Positions 27,603 to 36,596 of a stretch of 36,596 nucleotides of DNA are shown here, piece by piece. The position numbers were made by a program, and so were the translations under genes. The DNA lies in assembly GCA_013202955.1 (NCBI GenBank), contig JABMPP010000039.1, positions 1 through 36,596 on the forward strand, in the 5' to 3' direction. A model generated the notes under the pieces. The model was not told where the DNA came from and did not search any database. It was given only the letters and a program-made list of their open reading frames with translations. Positions within the stretch are counted from its first letter, which is position 1. Every line of letters begins with the position of its first letter. Source of the DNA: Candidatus Woesearchaeota archaeon. Its GTDB lineage: Archaea > Nanobdellota > Nanobdellia > Woesearchaeales > JABMPP01.

Positions 27603-28640
27603 TCACAAATCAAGTCTTTCTATAACTTTAGCCCCATATAATTTATTCAACATTTTATGAGCTCTATTTACATACTCTTTTTCTTTCAAAAGGATTCCCA
27701 TGTCCCCTCTTTCATCAATATCAAATGAGAATCTTGCAAAAGGTGATTCAACTATATGTATATCCATTCCTGCAAATTTTGATAAGAATTCTTCCATTTG
27801 TGATGTTGTTCCTGTTTTATGGATAAAAAGATCTTTTGCCAATGCATATCCATAACCTGCCATCCCTTTTTCTATTAATAATCCTGCTGTTTTAAACCAT
27901 GTTACTGGATTTACCCCAATCCTTATTGAGTATATATCACTAAGACCTTTTATTCCTCCTTTTTTTTCATCCAATATTATAAGGTTTGTTTCCTTAAACC
28001 CATAAGCACCATTCTCATTTTCAAATCTTTTATCTCTATCTGTTTTTAATCTTCCGTCTGGAATCAATCTTAAATAAACTCTTTCCAGTGAAGGCAATCC
28101 ATTATGAAGTGTTTCTTCACTTATGAAAAACTGATAATGAGTATGGTCAAAAACAGGCTTTCCATCCTCAAACCTTACGCATTGCTCAACTGATTTATCT
28201 ATCTCTTCGCCTAACACTAAAGGAGTGTCTGCATCAACATAAATTTTATGCCCTGGAATCTCTGCTGCTTCTCCACCTTTTATCATATTCTCATGCATTT
28301 TTCCATCAGACTCAATAATTTGTATTGGTTTTTCAATTGAATCAATTATTCTCTCGAGTGCTGGCTCAAGTTTTTCTTTTTTGCCAACTATAACAATATC
28401 ATTAACATATTTAGAATTATTATCAAGCTCATAAAGAATTGGTGCAATTACAGGAAGATAGGCATATTTTTCAGGCGAGGCATTTAATAGTGGTTTGTAT
28501 TTATCAAAATAATACCCTCTTGGTATTCCTTGGGCAGATGTTCCAACATATGCGGCTGCTATTGATAAATAAGCCAACCATAATGGCATATTATCTTTGC
28601 CAGCTCTGACAACAGCGCTCATCTTTAAGTTATTATCCAT
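27603..28640 (-). CDS. Divergent NTP-transferase (MobA/GT-A fold)-like protein
   Basis: AVVRAG, K.LL, IVIVG, DADTPLV, C-terminal FDID. Confidence 0.55.
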   Translation of the reverse strand: MDNNLKMSAVVRAGKDNMPLWLAYLSIAAAYVGTSAQGIPRGYYFDKYKPLLNASPEKYAYLPVIAPILYELDNNSKYVNDIVIVGKKEKLEPALERIIDSIEKPIQIIESDGKMHENMIKGGEAAEIPGHKIYVDADTPLVLGEEIDKSVEQCVRFEDGKPVFDHTHYQFFISEETLHNGLPSLERVYLRLIPDGRLKTDRDKRFENENGAYGFKETNLIILDEKKGGIKGLSDIYSIRIGVNPVTWFKTAGLLIEKGMAGYGYALAKDLFIHKTGTTSQMEEFLSKFAGMDIHIVESPFARFSFDIDERGDMGILLKEKEYVNRAHKMLNKLYGAKVIERLDL

Positions 28641-28722
28641 GATACGAACAGGTTAAAATAAGAGTTTAAAAATCTTTCTGTAATGTTTACTAAGAAGTGG
28701 TTAATTCTTCATTAAAACAAAT

Positions 28723-29289
28723 TTATATCTGTTTTTCAACTTTTTCAGTTGCTACTCTTCCACCTTTCCATTGTCCACCATAAGCTCTGCTTAGCTCACC
28801 ATAAACCTCTTTGAACACAACATTGGCTATTCTAGCACCCAATTCAAGCTCAAATGGAAACTCACTCACATTTTTCAGAGAAAAAGTCAATTCTCCATGA
28901 TATCCTGGATCTGTTTTTGTTCCCTTAAAATAAACACCACATCTCTGTAAAGTGCTTCTGGGATAAACATCCATCATTAAATAACAAGGTTCATGATTAA
29001 TATTAATCTTTTTAGATGGCAGGTTAACTTTTTCTATTGTTTTAACAAGAATAAATTCACCAGGAGCAAGAACAACCTTCTTATCGCCATCAGAAATATC
29101 AGCTATTTTTTCAATATTAGGTGTGTTTCTGTTATCAACACCAAGATATCCTTTGCTTGTCAGCTTATAGATTTCCCCAACTCTTATATCAAATCCAACA
29201 CCCTCTGGGTTGAGTTCCCTTTCACAAAGATTCTCAATAATATTATATTTTTTGTTCAATCCAAGTATTGTTTTTGCAGTTATTATCAT
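28723..29289 (-). CDS. dcd: dCTP deaminase / archaeal dUTPase family
   Basis: GFDIR, PRSTLQR.G, DPGYHGELT, RIA, Y.GQW. Confidence 0.8.
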   Translation of the reverse strand: MIITAKTILGLNKKYNIIENLCERELNPEGVGFDIRVGEIYKLTSKGYLGVDNRNTPNIEKIADISDGDKKVVLAPGEFILVKTIEKVNLPSKKININHEPCYLMMDVYPRSTLQRCGVYFKGTKTDPGYHGELTFSLKNVSEFPFELELGARIANVVFKEVYGELSRAYGGQWKGGRVATEKVEKQI

Positions 29290-29328
29290 AAAGAAATTGG
29301 TAATTTATCCCTTATTTAAATATTGTTG

Positions 29329-30414
29329 TTAATTCTTCATTAGAACGCCATTTAATAACTTGCCATCTATTCTTATCATTGGTTCTGTTATAACTTGATC
29401 CAGGTGTATTTTAGAATAAATATTACCACCAAACCATGCGTTGCTGCCTATTGCGAAATGAGCTGTTCCTAATGTTTTTTCATTGATTATTGTAGGTCCT
29501 ACAATCTTTGCATTTGGGTTGATTCCAATACCCAGCTCACCAATCCTCTTTATTCCCCAGGGATGCTTTGATGTTTTATGAGCCCAGTCCAATGTTTTAG
29601 CTATCTCTAGTCCTTCTCCATTTCCTTTTATCTTTGTTATTTCTCCATCTTTAACAAACAAAGTAACAGGCTTTTTCAGCAAAATTGTTTTGTCTCTTAC
29701 TTTCATTGAGCCATCAATAACTATCTTTCCATTAACATTCCTGTCATTGCAGGGCACATACACTTCTCCTGCTGGAATGTTCCCACCCATGCCAGGCTTA
29801 GTATATAATCCATCGTTAGAAATGGACTTCATCCCTTCTACGCCATATAGAAGGTCAGTACCTTTTCTAGTCATTACATGTATCTCTGCGGCTTTGTCTA
29901 GAAGTTCTTTTATATTTGAGCCTTTTTTAGCCATTAGAGCATAATCTACATTGATTGATTTTATTATTGAGCTAAACATTGAGCTAGGCATATCAACTAA
30001 TCCAGATGTTGAAACAAATCTATGTTTATGCTGTTTTACAAATCTTCTGAAGCTGTTTCCTATGCTTTTCATCTGGCCTATTTTTCCTGATATAGCAATT
30101 GCCAGCACACTTTTATCTTTAAGTGAGAGCATGTCCTGTATTACATTGTCATCAGCTTCTTCACTGATAAGTTTGGGCTTTTGCATGCTAAGCTTGTAAT
30201 TCAAGCCAAGTTCTTCTGCTGCTTTTGCATAGCACCCAGCAATAATTGCAGGCACTCTCTTGTTTTTGTATCCCTTATCAAACACAATCAAAACATCTTC
30301 TTTTGAAACATTTAGAGAAGTCTGAAACACATTCATAAAGCACATATAATTATCATCAACTGTTTTTAGCAGCTTTTCCCTCCTTAGGAAATTAAATAAA
30401 TCTTGTTTGTTCAT
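29329..30414 (-). CDS. M29-family (thermophilic/leucyl) aminopeptidase-like protein
   Basis: GNIPAGEVY, IGELGIGIN, NEKTLGTAHFAIG, IHLDQV. Confidence 0.85.
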   Translation of the reverse strand: MNKQDLFNFLRREKLLKTVDDNYMCFMNVFQTSLNVSKEDVLIVFDKGYKNKRVPAIIAGCYAKAAEELGLNYKLSMQKPKLISEEADDNVIQDMLSLKDKSVLAIAISGKIGQMKSIGNSFRRFVKQHKHRFVSTSGLVDMPSSMFSSIIKSINVDYALMAKKGSNIKELLDKAAEIHVMTRKGTDLLYGVEGMKSISNDGLYTKPGMGGNIPAGEVYVPCNDRNVNGKIVIDGSMKVRDKTILLKKPVTLFVKDGEITKIKGNGEGLEIAKTLDWAHKTSKHPWGIKRIGELGIGINPNAKIVGPTIINEKTLGTAHFAIGSNAWFGGNIYSKIHLDQVITEPMIRIDGKLLNGVLMKN

Positions 30415-30659
30415 TTTTGATACATGTAATAATAAAGGCCACTGTTGGCGGACAGTGGCATAAATGCCACATTCTATGACATTTAGATATTAGTAGCCTT
30501 ATTAGTATATTAGTATATAACTTATATATAAAGCTTTCTATATGAATGCCTTAGGCAAACTTTTTAAACTCTTTATCATTCTACAGAAATAATAATGGAT
30601 TTAACAGAAACACAAGAAAAAAGCTTGGAAGGATATAGGGGATTCTATTCATAATAAAA

Positions 30660-31031
30660 ATGATACATGATAACAGTCATAATTTAAGAATAGAAGGAAA
30701 TGTTGCACATTTATTTCCATATCCTGCTTTATACACTTCAGAAAAAGAAGTGCTGGAAACTAATGGTTTAGTAAAAGAAATACAAAATTCTGATGCTACA
30801 AAAATTATAATTAATCTTAATGGTGTTTCTGCTATTAGACCTAATCGTAGGATAGAATTATTAAGAAATCTTGGTATAATTGATCAAGCATTAATAGACT
30901 CTGGATTTATGACTGCATATACTAATTCTACTGCTTTGGTTGGCTATGAGGGAAATCAGAATGTTCCAGAAAATGTTGTTGATAAAATCTTTGATGATTA
31001 TAATAATGCTGTTAATTCATTGAATGATTAA
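30660..31031 (+). CDS. Putative divergent STAS-like (anti-sigma antagonist fold) protein
   Basis: LRIEG, KIIINLNGVSAI, terminal IFDDYNNAVNSL resemble the STAS pattern; DSSG motif absent. Confidence 0.4.
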   Translation: MIHDNSHNLRIEGNVAHLFPYPALYTSEKEVLETNGLVKEIQNSDATKIIINLNGVSAIRPNRRIELLRNLGIIDQALIDSGFMTAYTNSTALVGYEGNQNVPENVVDKIFDDYNNAVNSLND

Positions 31032-31052
31032 TATTCTAATGAAATCAATTCT

Positions 31053-32192
31053 TTAACTTATTTTTTCTATATTAACATTTAATCCATCACTTTTGATGTT
31101 TACCCAATCTCTTCTTTTGAACTCTAAAGAAGGAGGTAACATAAACCCTTCGTTTTTTAATAGAACAGTTATCTGAGCATTTCTCATAGCCTGAACATCT
31201 CTGTGTTTCAAAAGACCATATGCAGAATGGAATATGTTAGCTTGGTGATTTTTAACTTTATAATGAAAATTAGAATCAGAAAAATTTGCATAATACACAG
31301 AAGGATCTCCCTTTAACTTTGAACCTTCATCTTTCAAGACATCGATTGTTTCTATTCTGAGATTTATCCCATCTTTATCTGAAATCCCGATCACTAATGG
31401 ATTTACAAGTTCCATTGGTTCAACATTGAAATCAGGAATTTGTATTGGTTTGAATGGTCTAACCTGGAATAAGCTTTTTGAGGCAACACTAAACTCTAAT
31501 TGCCAGGTCCAATCAGAATCAATATCTGGAAGATCTATTATTTGATTATACCATTCGATAACTTTTCCAATGTCTCTAATCATCTTTTTCCATTTATAAT
31601 TCCTTTTATCTCTCATTGATAATTTAGAAAACTCACTGAGATAATTTATTTCATCATTATCATAAAGAAATACTGTTGTACTCGGATACTCTTTTGGTGG
31701 ATGACAAGTAATTGATACAATATAACAATTTTCTCTATTTGGGTGCTTCACTAAAGTTCCGATATGATAACTTTTTGCCTTTTCTGTTATGATTGTGTTG
31801 ATTTTATCAGGTAGATCTAAACCCCCATCATCTTCCTTCAATCTCATCGGTGAATTCTCAACTTCAAGTATTTTTTCTTCCAAAAATTCATTATAAATCT
31901 TCCGATGTAAATCAGTTATTTTATACCTATTAACATTAAGCATTTTTGTTATGTTCAGCACTTCAGAAGTTTTCAATTCACCTTCATATCCATCAAGTTC
32001 TTGTATTGCGCTCGATCTGAATAATCTAGGCCAATCCAAATGTTTAGCTCTTTTCAATACAGAATCAATTGACTCATCAGGTGTTTTAACAACCATTCTT
32101 GCTTGAGGAATATTCGGAAGATGCTCTGCAACATACATAAGAAGTCCTGCTTTTGCACCATATTTATGAACTAATTCTGCTGGGTATATCAT
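31053..32192 (-). CDS. Divergent PPDK/PEP-synthase N-terminal (ATP-grasp)-like protein
   Basis: GAKA, FRSSA..E..G, QLEF, LFQVRP; no evident phospho-His domain. Confidence 0.55.
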   Translation of the reverse strand: MIYPAELVHKYGAKAGLLMYVAEHLPNIPQARMVVKTPDESIDSVLKRAKHLDWPRLFRSSAIQELDGYEGELKTSEVLNITKMLNVNRYKITDLHRKIYNEFLEEKILEVENSPMRLKEDDGGLDLPDKINTIITEKAKSYHIGTLVKHPNRENCYIVSITCHPPKEYPSTTVFLYDNDEINYLSEFSKLSMRDKRNYKWKKMIRDIGKVIEWYNQIIDLPDIDSDWTWQLEFSVASKSLFQVRPFKPIQIPDFNVEPMELVNPLVIGISDKDGINLRIETIDVLKDEGSKLKGDPSVYYANFSDSNFHYKVKNHQANIFHSAYGLLKHRDVQAMRNAQITVLLKNEGFMLPPSLEFKRRDWVNIKSDGLNVNIEKIS

Positions 32193-32278
32193 ATGACGCT
32201 GAAAAAATTCCTGGTTTATAAATACTACCTAAAGATAGTCACAATCCTTTATATAAACAGAACACAAATCAAATAGAG

Positions 32279-33223
32279 ATGATAAAAACAATCACTTTGC
32301 AGAAGAAGCAGCTTATCAAATCAAGCATAAAGGATTTCAGGTCTTCTAAAAACATAACATGGATTGATGTTCTAAATCCATCTGAAAAAGAGATTAATGA
32401 AATATCAGAAATAACAAGGTTTCCTATTGATGAAATAGAGATGGCGCTTGATGAAGATGAAAGACCAAGAATTGTTGAGTTATATAATCATGCGCTACTT
32501 ATTGTAAGAGTTCCATACAAAGATCATAAGGAAACCCTAACAACTTCATTATCTATATTTTTCTCAGAACACAATATAATAACAATGCACAAACATAAAA
32601 TAGAATCTATTGAGAAAATAAATGATTTTTCTGAAAAAATAAAAAAAGATATGCTAAAAGACACAACATATTTTTTATACAGACTTTTAGCTGAAATAAC
32701 AAATAATTATTTCAGGTTAATGGATAATGTTGAAGAAAAAATAGATTATTTAGAAAACAAGGTTTTCCATAGTCCTGAGAACAGAACAGTTAAAGAGATA
32801 TTTGAGATAAAAAAAATGCTTATTTATTTTCATAAAGCATTTGCTTCAGACAGAGAGATACTTGTTGAACTGGAAAAAGGATATATTTCATCAATAAAAA
32901 AAACATATATGAGGCAGTTTAGATATGTTTACAATGATTTAACCCAGTTAATAGATATGGGTGGAACATATAGAGATGTTATAACAGGAGTTCTGGACCT
33001 TTACTTAAGCTCTACATCACACAGCCTGAACATAATAATGAAGAAAATGACAGCATATGCTTCATTAATATTAGTGCCTACATTAATATCAGGGATATAT
33101 GGGATGAATTTTAGATGGATGCCTGAACTGTATTGGAAATATGGTTATTTCTTTGCTTTAGGTTTAATGGTTTTCTTTGTGGTTATAATGTATATATATT
33201 TCAAGAAGAAAGATTGGATTTAA
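32279..33223 (+). CDS. corA: Magnesium/cobalt transporter CorA
   Basis: WIDV..P, ERPR, PTLISGIYGMNF.WMPEL. Confidence 0.93.
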   Translation: MIKTITLQKKQLIKSSIKDFRSSKNITWIDVLNPSEKEINEISEITRFPIDEIEMALDEDERPRIVELYNHALLIVRVPYKDHKETLTTSLSIFFSEHNIITMHKHKIESIEKINDFSEKIKKDMLKDTTYFLYRLLAEITNNYFRLMDNVEEKIDYLENKVFHSPENRTVKEIFEIKKMLIYFHKAFASDREILVELEKGYISSIKKTYMRQFRYVYNDLTQLIDMGGTYRDVITGVLDLYLSSTSHSLNIIMKKMTAYASLILVPTLISGIYGMNFRWMPELYWKYGYFFALGLMVFFVVIMYIYFKKKDWI

Positions 33224-33274
33224 TCAATATTCGAAGCAAAAAGTATATAAACATCTTTGTTCATTCTATATAAA

Positions 33275-35170
33275 ATGGCAAAACAAATAACAATAAAGTG
33301 TGGTAAGTCAAAAAATAAGTATGCATCTGGTGTAACTGCAGCTGATGTTGCTAAAGATAAAAAAATAGATGCGCTTGCAGCAAGTGTTAATGATAAGCTT
33401 GTTGATCTTTCTACAAAAATAAGAAAGGATTCAGAAATAATATTTGTAACATATGACACTCATGAAGGAAAAGAGATATTTCATCATTCTACTGCACATT
33501 TAATGGCACAAGCCGTTATAAAATTATATCCAAAAGCACTTCCTACAATCGGGCCAACTATTGAAGGAGGATTTTATTATGATTTTGATCACTCTCCGTT
33601 TTCTCCATCTGATCTAAAAGGAATAGAAAAAGAAATGAGAAAGATTGTTACTGAAAAACTGGAAGTGAAAAGAAAACAGATTCCATATAAAGAAGCATTA
33701 AAGCTTTTTAAGAAAAACAAATACAAAATAGAGTTGATTAAGGAATTTGAAAAAGAAGGCAAGAAAGTTTCTGTATATCAACAAGGAAAATTCATTGACT
33801 TGTGCAGAGGGCCACATATTCCAAACACAAGCTATCTTAAGGCATTCAAGCTTACAAAAGTGTCTTCTGCTTACTGGAGAGCTGATTCAAAAAAAGATTC
33901 ATTACAGAGAATATATGGTGTTAGCTTTCCAAAAGAATCCCAATTAAAAAACTATTTAAGATTAAAGCTGGAAGCAGCTAAAAGAGACCACAGAAAAATT
34001 GGCAAAGAACTGGATCTTTTCTCATTCCATGAAGAAGGAACAGGATTTCCTTTCTGGCATAATAAAGGGATGATTATATGGGATGAAGTAATGAATTATA
34101 TGAAAGCCATGCTGAAGAAAAACAATTATCAAGAAGTCAGAGCGCCTTTAATATTAAACAAAGAATTATGGCTAAAATCTGGACATTGGGACCATTACAA
34201 AAACAACATGTATTTTACTCTAATTGATGGGCAAGAGCATGCTGTAAAACCAATGAACTGCCCAGGGCATATTTTGATATACAAAAATTCAATTCATTCT
34301 TACAGAGATCTTCCTATAAGAATGGGTGAGTTTGGATTAGTGCATAGGCATGAGATGTCTGGTGTTCTTGCAGGATTGTTTAGAGTCAGAAGCTTTACTC
34401 AAGATGATGCTCATGTTTTTTGCACAGAAGATCAATTAAAAGATGAGATAAAAAAATTGATTGATTTTGTTACTGAGGTTTATTCAACATTTGGCTTTAA
34501 AGATTACCAAATTGAGCTAAGCACAAAGCCACAAGATTCAATGGGAAGTGATGATATGTGGAAAAATGCTGAAAATGCGTTGTCAGCTGCATTAAAAGAG
34601 AAAAAGATTGATTATAAAATAAATCCTGGGGATGGTGCGTTTTATGGTCCAAAAATTGATTTCCATATAAAGGACTGCATGGGAAGAAGTTGGCAGTGTG
34701 GCACAATCCAGGTTGATTTTTCAATGCCTGAGAGATTTGATCTTACTTATGAGGGAAAGAACAATAAAAAACACAGGCCAGTAATGCTTCACAGAGCAAT
34801 ATTGGGAAGCATGGAGAGATTTATAGGAATAATGATAGAGCATTATGCAGGAAAAATGCCTGCTTGGCTGAGTCCTGTTCAGGTAAAAATAATAACAGTT
34901 GCTGATAGATTCAACAAATATGCAGAAGGGGTAAAAGCCAAACTAGAAGAAGAAGGAGTAAGAGTAGAGGTTGACAACAAAAAAGAAACAATAGGAAGAA
35001 AAGTAAGAGAAGCTCAGATCCAAAAAATAAATTATATTCTAACAGTTGGAGAAAAAGAAGAGAAAACAAAAACAATTGCAGTAAGAACAAGAGACAACAA
35101 AGTTAAAATGGGTGTAAAACCAGACAAGTTCTTGAAAGATATTGTAAAGGAAATAAAAGAGAAAAGGTAA
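33275..35170 (+). CDS. thrS: Threonyl-tRNA synthetase (bacterial-type: TGS + editing + catalytic + anticodon domains)
   Basis: HSTAH, DLCRGPH, RDHRKIG, KPMNCPGH, QDDAH, FYGPKID, HRAILGS. Confidence 0.96.
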   Translation: MAKQITIKCGKSKNKYASGVTAADVAKDKKIDALAASVNDKLVDLSTKIRKDSEIIFVTYDTHEGKEIFHHSTAHLMAQAVIKLYPKALPTIGPTIEGGFYYDFDHSPFSPSDLKGIEKEMRKIVTEKLEVKRKQIPYKEALKLFKKNKYKIELIKEFEKEGKKVSVYQQGKFIDLCRGPHIPNTSYLKAFKLTKVSSAYWRADSKKDSLQRIYGVSFPKESQLKNYLRLKLEAAKRDHRKIGKELDLFSFHEEGTGFPFWHNKGMIIWDEVMNYMKAMLKKNNYQEVRAPLILNKELWLKSGHWDHYKNNMYFTLIDGQEHAVKPMNCPGHILIYKNSIHSYRDLPIRMGEFGLVHRHEMSGVLAGLFRVRSFTQDDAHVFCTEDQLKDEIKKLIDFVTEVYSTFGFKDYQIELSTKPQDSMGSDDMWKNAENALSAALKEKKIDYKINPGDGAFYGPKIDFHIKDCMGRSWQCGTIQVDFSMPERFDLTYEGKNNKKHRPVMLHRAILGSMERFIGIMIEHYAGKMPAWLSPVQVKIITVADRFNKYAEGVKAKLEEEGVRVEVDNKKETIGRKVREAQIQKINYILTVGEKEEKTKTIAVRTRDNKVKMGVKPDKFLKDIVKEIKEKR

Positions 35171-35177
35171 TTCTTTG

Positions 35178-35191
35178 TAAAACTTTATAAA
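35178..35191 (+). promoter_or_regulatory. BRE/TATA promoter of srp54
   Basis: AAAAC-TTTATAAA 22 nt upstream of ATG. Confidence 0.65.
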
Positions 35192-35213
35192 TAAAAGAGG
35201 GTTCATTTAACAC

Positions 35214-36563
35214 ATGGTATTAGAGAAACTTGGTGATTCGCTGAAGAACACTATGCAGAAGATTGCAAAATCAATGTTTGTAGATGAAAAACTAATAAAC
35301 GAATTAGTTAAGGATATTCAAAGAGCATTGTTGCAGTCTGATACTAATGTTAAGCTTGTTCTTGAGTTAACTAATAAAATAAAAGAAAGAGCGTTAAAAG
35401 AAAAGCCAGGTAGAGGATTGACTCAAAAAGAGCATTTAATAAACACTGTTTATGAGGAATTAGTTTCATTTTTAGGTGGAGAAGGCGCAAAAATAAATGT
35501 TGGAAAAAAACCATTCAAGATAATGTTGGTTGGATTGTTTGGAAATGGTAAAACAACAACAGCAGGAAAATTAGCCAAATTCTTTACAAAAAGAGGGCAT
35601 AAAGTTGCTTTGGTTGGGTTGGATATACACAGACCTGCTGCTATGGATCAATTAGAACAAATAGGAAAAAGCGCAAAAGTGCCTGTTTTTATAGATAAAA
35701 AGGAAAAGAACGCGCTGAAAATATGGAAAAATAATGAAAAAGAACTCAAAAAATATGATGTTTTATTGATAGATACAGCAGGAAGAGACGCATTATCTAA
35801 AGATTTAATCAAAGAGCTTAACGAACTAAACAAAGAGATAAAGCCAAATGAAGCGCTTCTAATTATGGGTGCTGATGTTGGACAGGCTGCTGAAAAACAA
35901 GCAGAGGCATTTCATGAATCCTGCAAAGTAAGTGGTGTTGTAATCACAAAGATGGATGGCACTGCAAAAGGAGGAGGAGCTTTAATTGCATGCTCTGTAA
36001 CAGGAGCTCCTGTTAAATTTATTGGTGTTGGGGAAAAAACAGATGATTTAGAGGAATTTAAACCACAAAATTTTGTTTCAAGATTATTGGGAATGGGAGA
36101 TATTGAGACATTACTTGAAAAAGCAAAAGATGCTATTGATGAAGACAAAGCAGAGGATCTGGGAAAAAAATTCCTAAAAGGAGAGTTTAATCTTATAGAT
36201 CTTTATGAACAGATGGAAGCAATGAATAAAATGGGTCCATTAAGCAAGGTAATGGAGCTTATTCCAGGCATGGGTCAGTTAAAGATGCCAAAAGGAATGC
36301 TTAAAGTTCAGGAAGGAAAACTCAAGATATGGCGTTATATGATGGATTCAATGACAAAATCAGAGCTTGAGGACCCTGAAACAATTGATTCCAATAGAAT
36401 AGAAAGAATAGCAAAAGGAGCTGGAACAACTGTTAGTAATGTAAGAGAGCTGTTGAAACAATACAGGCAGAGCAAAAAAATGATGAAGATGATGAAAGGT
36501 GGAGAAAAAGGAATGGAACGAATGATGAAGAAGATGCAACAGGGACAAGTAAAGTTTAAGTAA
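35214..36563 (+). CDS. srp54: Signal recognition particle protein SRP54
   Basis: GLFGNGKTTT, DTAGR, TKMDGTAKGGG, LLGMGD, Met-rich M domain. Confidence 0.96.
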   Translation: MVLEKLGDSLKNTMQKIAKSMFVDEKLINELVKDIQRALLQSDTNVKLVLELTNKIKERALKEKPGRGLTQKEHLINTVYEELVSFLGGEGAKINVGKKPFKIMLVGLFGNGKTTTAGKLAKFFTKRGHKVALVGLDIHRPAAMDQLEQIGKSAKVPVFIDKKEKNALKIWKNNEKELKKYDVLLIDTAGRDALSKDLIKELNELNKEIKPNEALLIMGADVGQAAEKQAEAFHESCKVSGVVITKMDGTAKGGGALIACSVTGAPVKFIGVGEKTDDLEEFKPQNFVSRLLGMGDIETLLEKAKDAIDEDKAEDLGKKFLKGEFNLIDLYEQMEAMNKMGPLSKVMELIPGMGQLKMPKGMLKVQEGKLKIWRYMMDSMTKSELEDPETIDSNRIERIAKGAGTTVSNVRELLKQYRQSKKMMKMMKGGEKGMERMMKKMQQGQVKFK

Positions 36564-36596
36564 AGTTTATATAGTTTATATTCTAAAAGTAATTCA

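Noticed and set aside
33275-35170. Bacterial-type thrS and gap as evidence for a bacterial or chimeric contig
   Set aside because: They are interleaved with archaeal signature genes and TATA promoters; bacterial-type versions are known in several archaeal lineages
601-36548. Numerous 60-160 aa ORFs antisense to or overlapping recognised genes
   Set aside because: Shadow frames of well-supported CDSs, with no motifs or promoters

Overview
AT-rich archaeal chromosomal segment, most consistent with a DPANN lineage such as Woesearchaeota (inferred from gene content; no marker phylogeny run). Archaeal core genes (proteasome beta, aCPSF1/FttA, TFE-alpha, MetAP2, TYW1, Pth2, SRP54, tRNA-Gln with A1-U72) are mixed with bacterial-type housekeeping genes (class I GAPDH, TGS-type ThrRS) and many single accessory genes, mostly behind BRE/TATA promoters. 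No CRISPR, rRNA, transposase or integrase was seen. Highlights: (1) an intact sigma-70 factor behind an archaeal TATA-type promoter, plus a sensorless histidine kinase, a stand-alone receiver and a STAS-like protein; (2) a tRNA-Gln whose first 17 nt are duplicated upstream around a GC-rich REPIN-like double hairpin; (3) a gap gene whose start is disrupted by a palindromic insertion and lacks a canonical in-frame start codon; (4) a LAGLIDADG intein next to the phospho-His of PEP synthase; (5) an NMP-kinase/NDT-like fusion and a tandem pair of degenerate HIT proteins.
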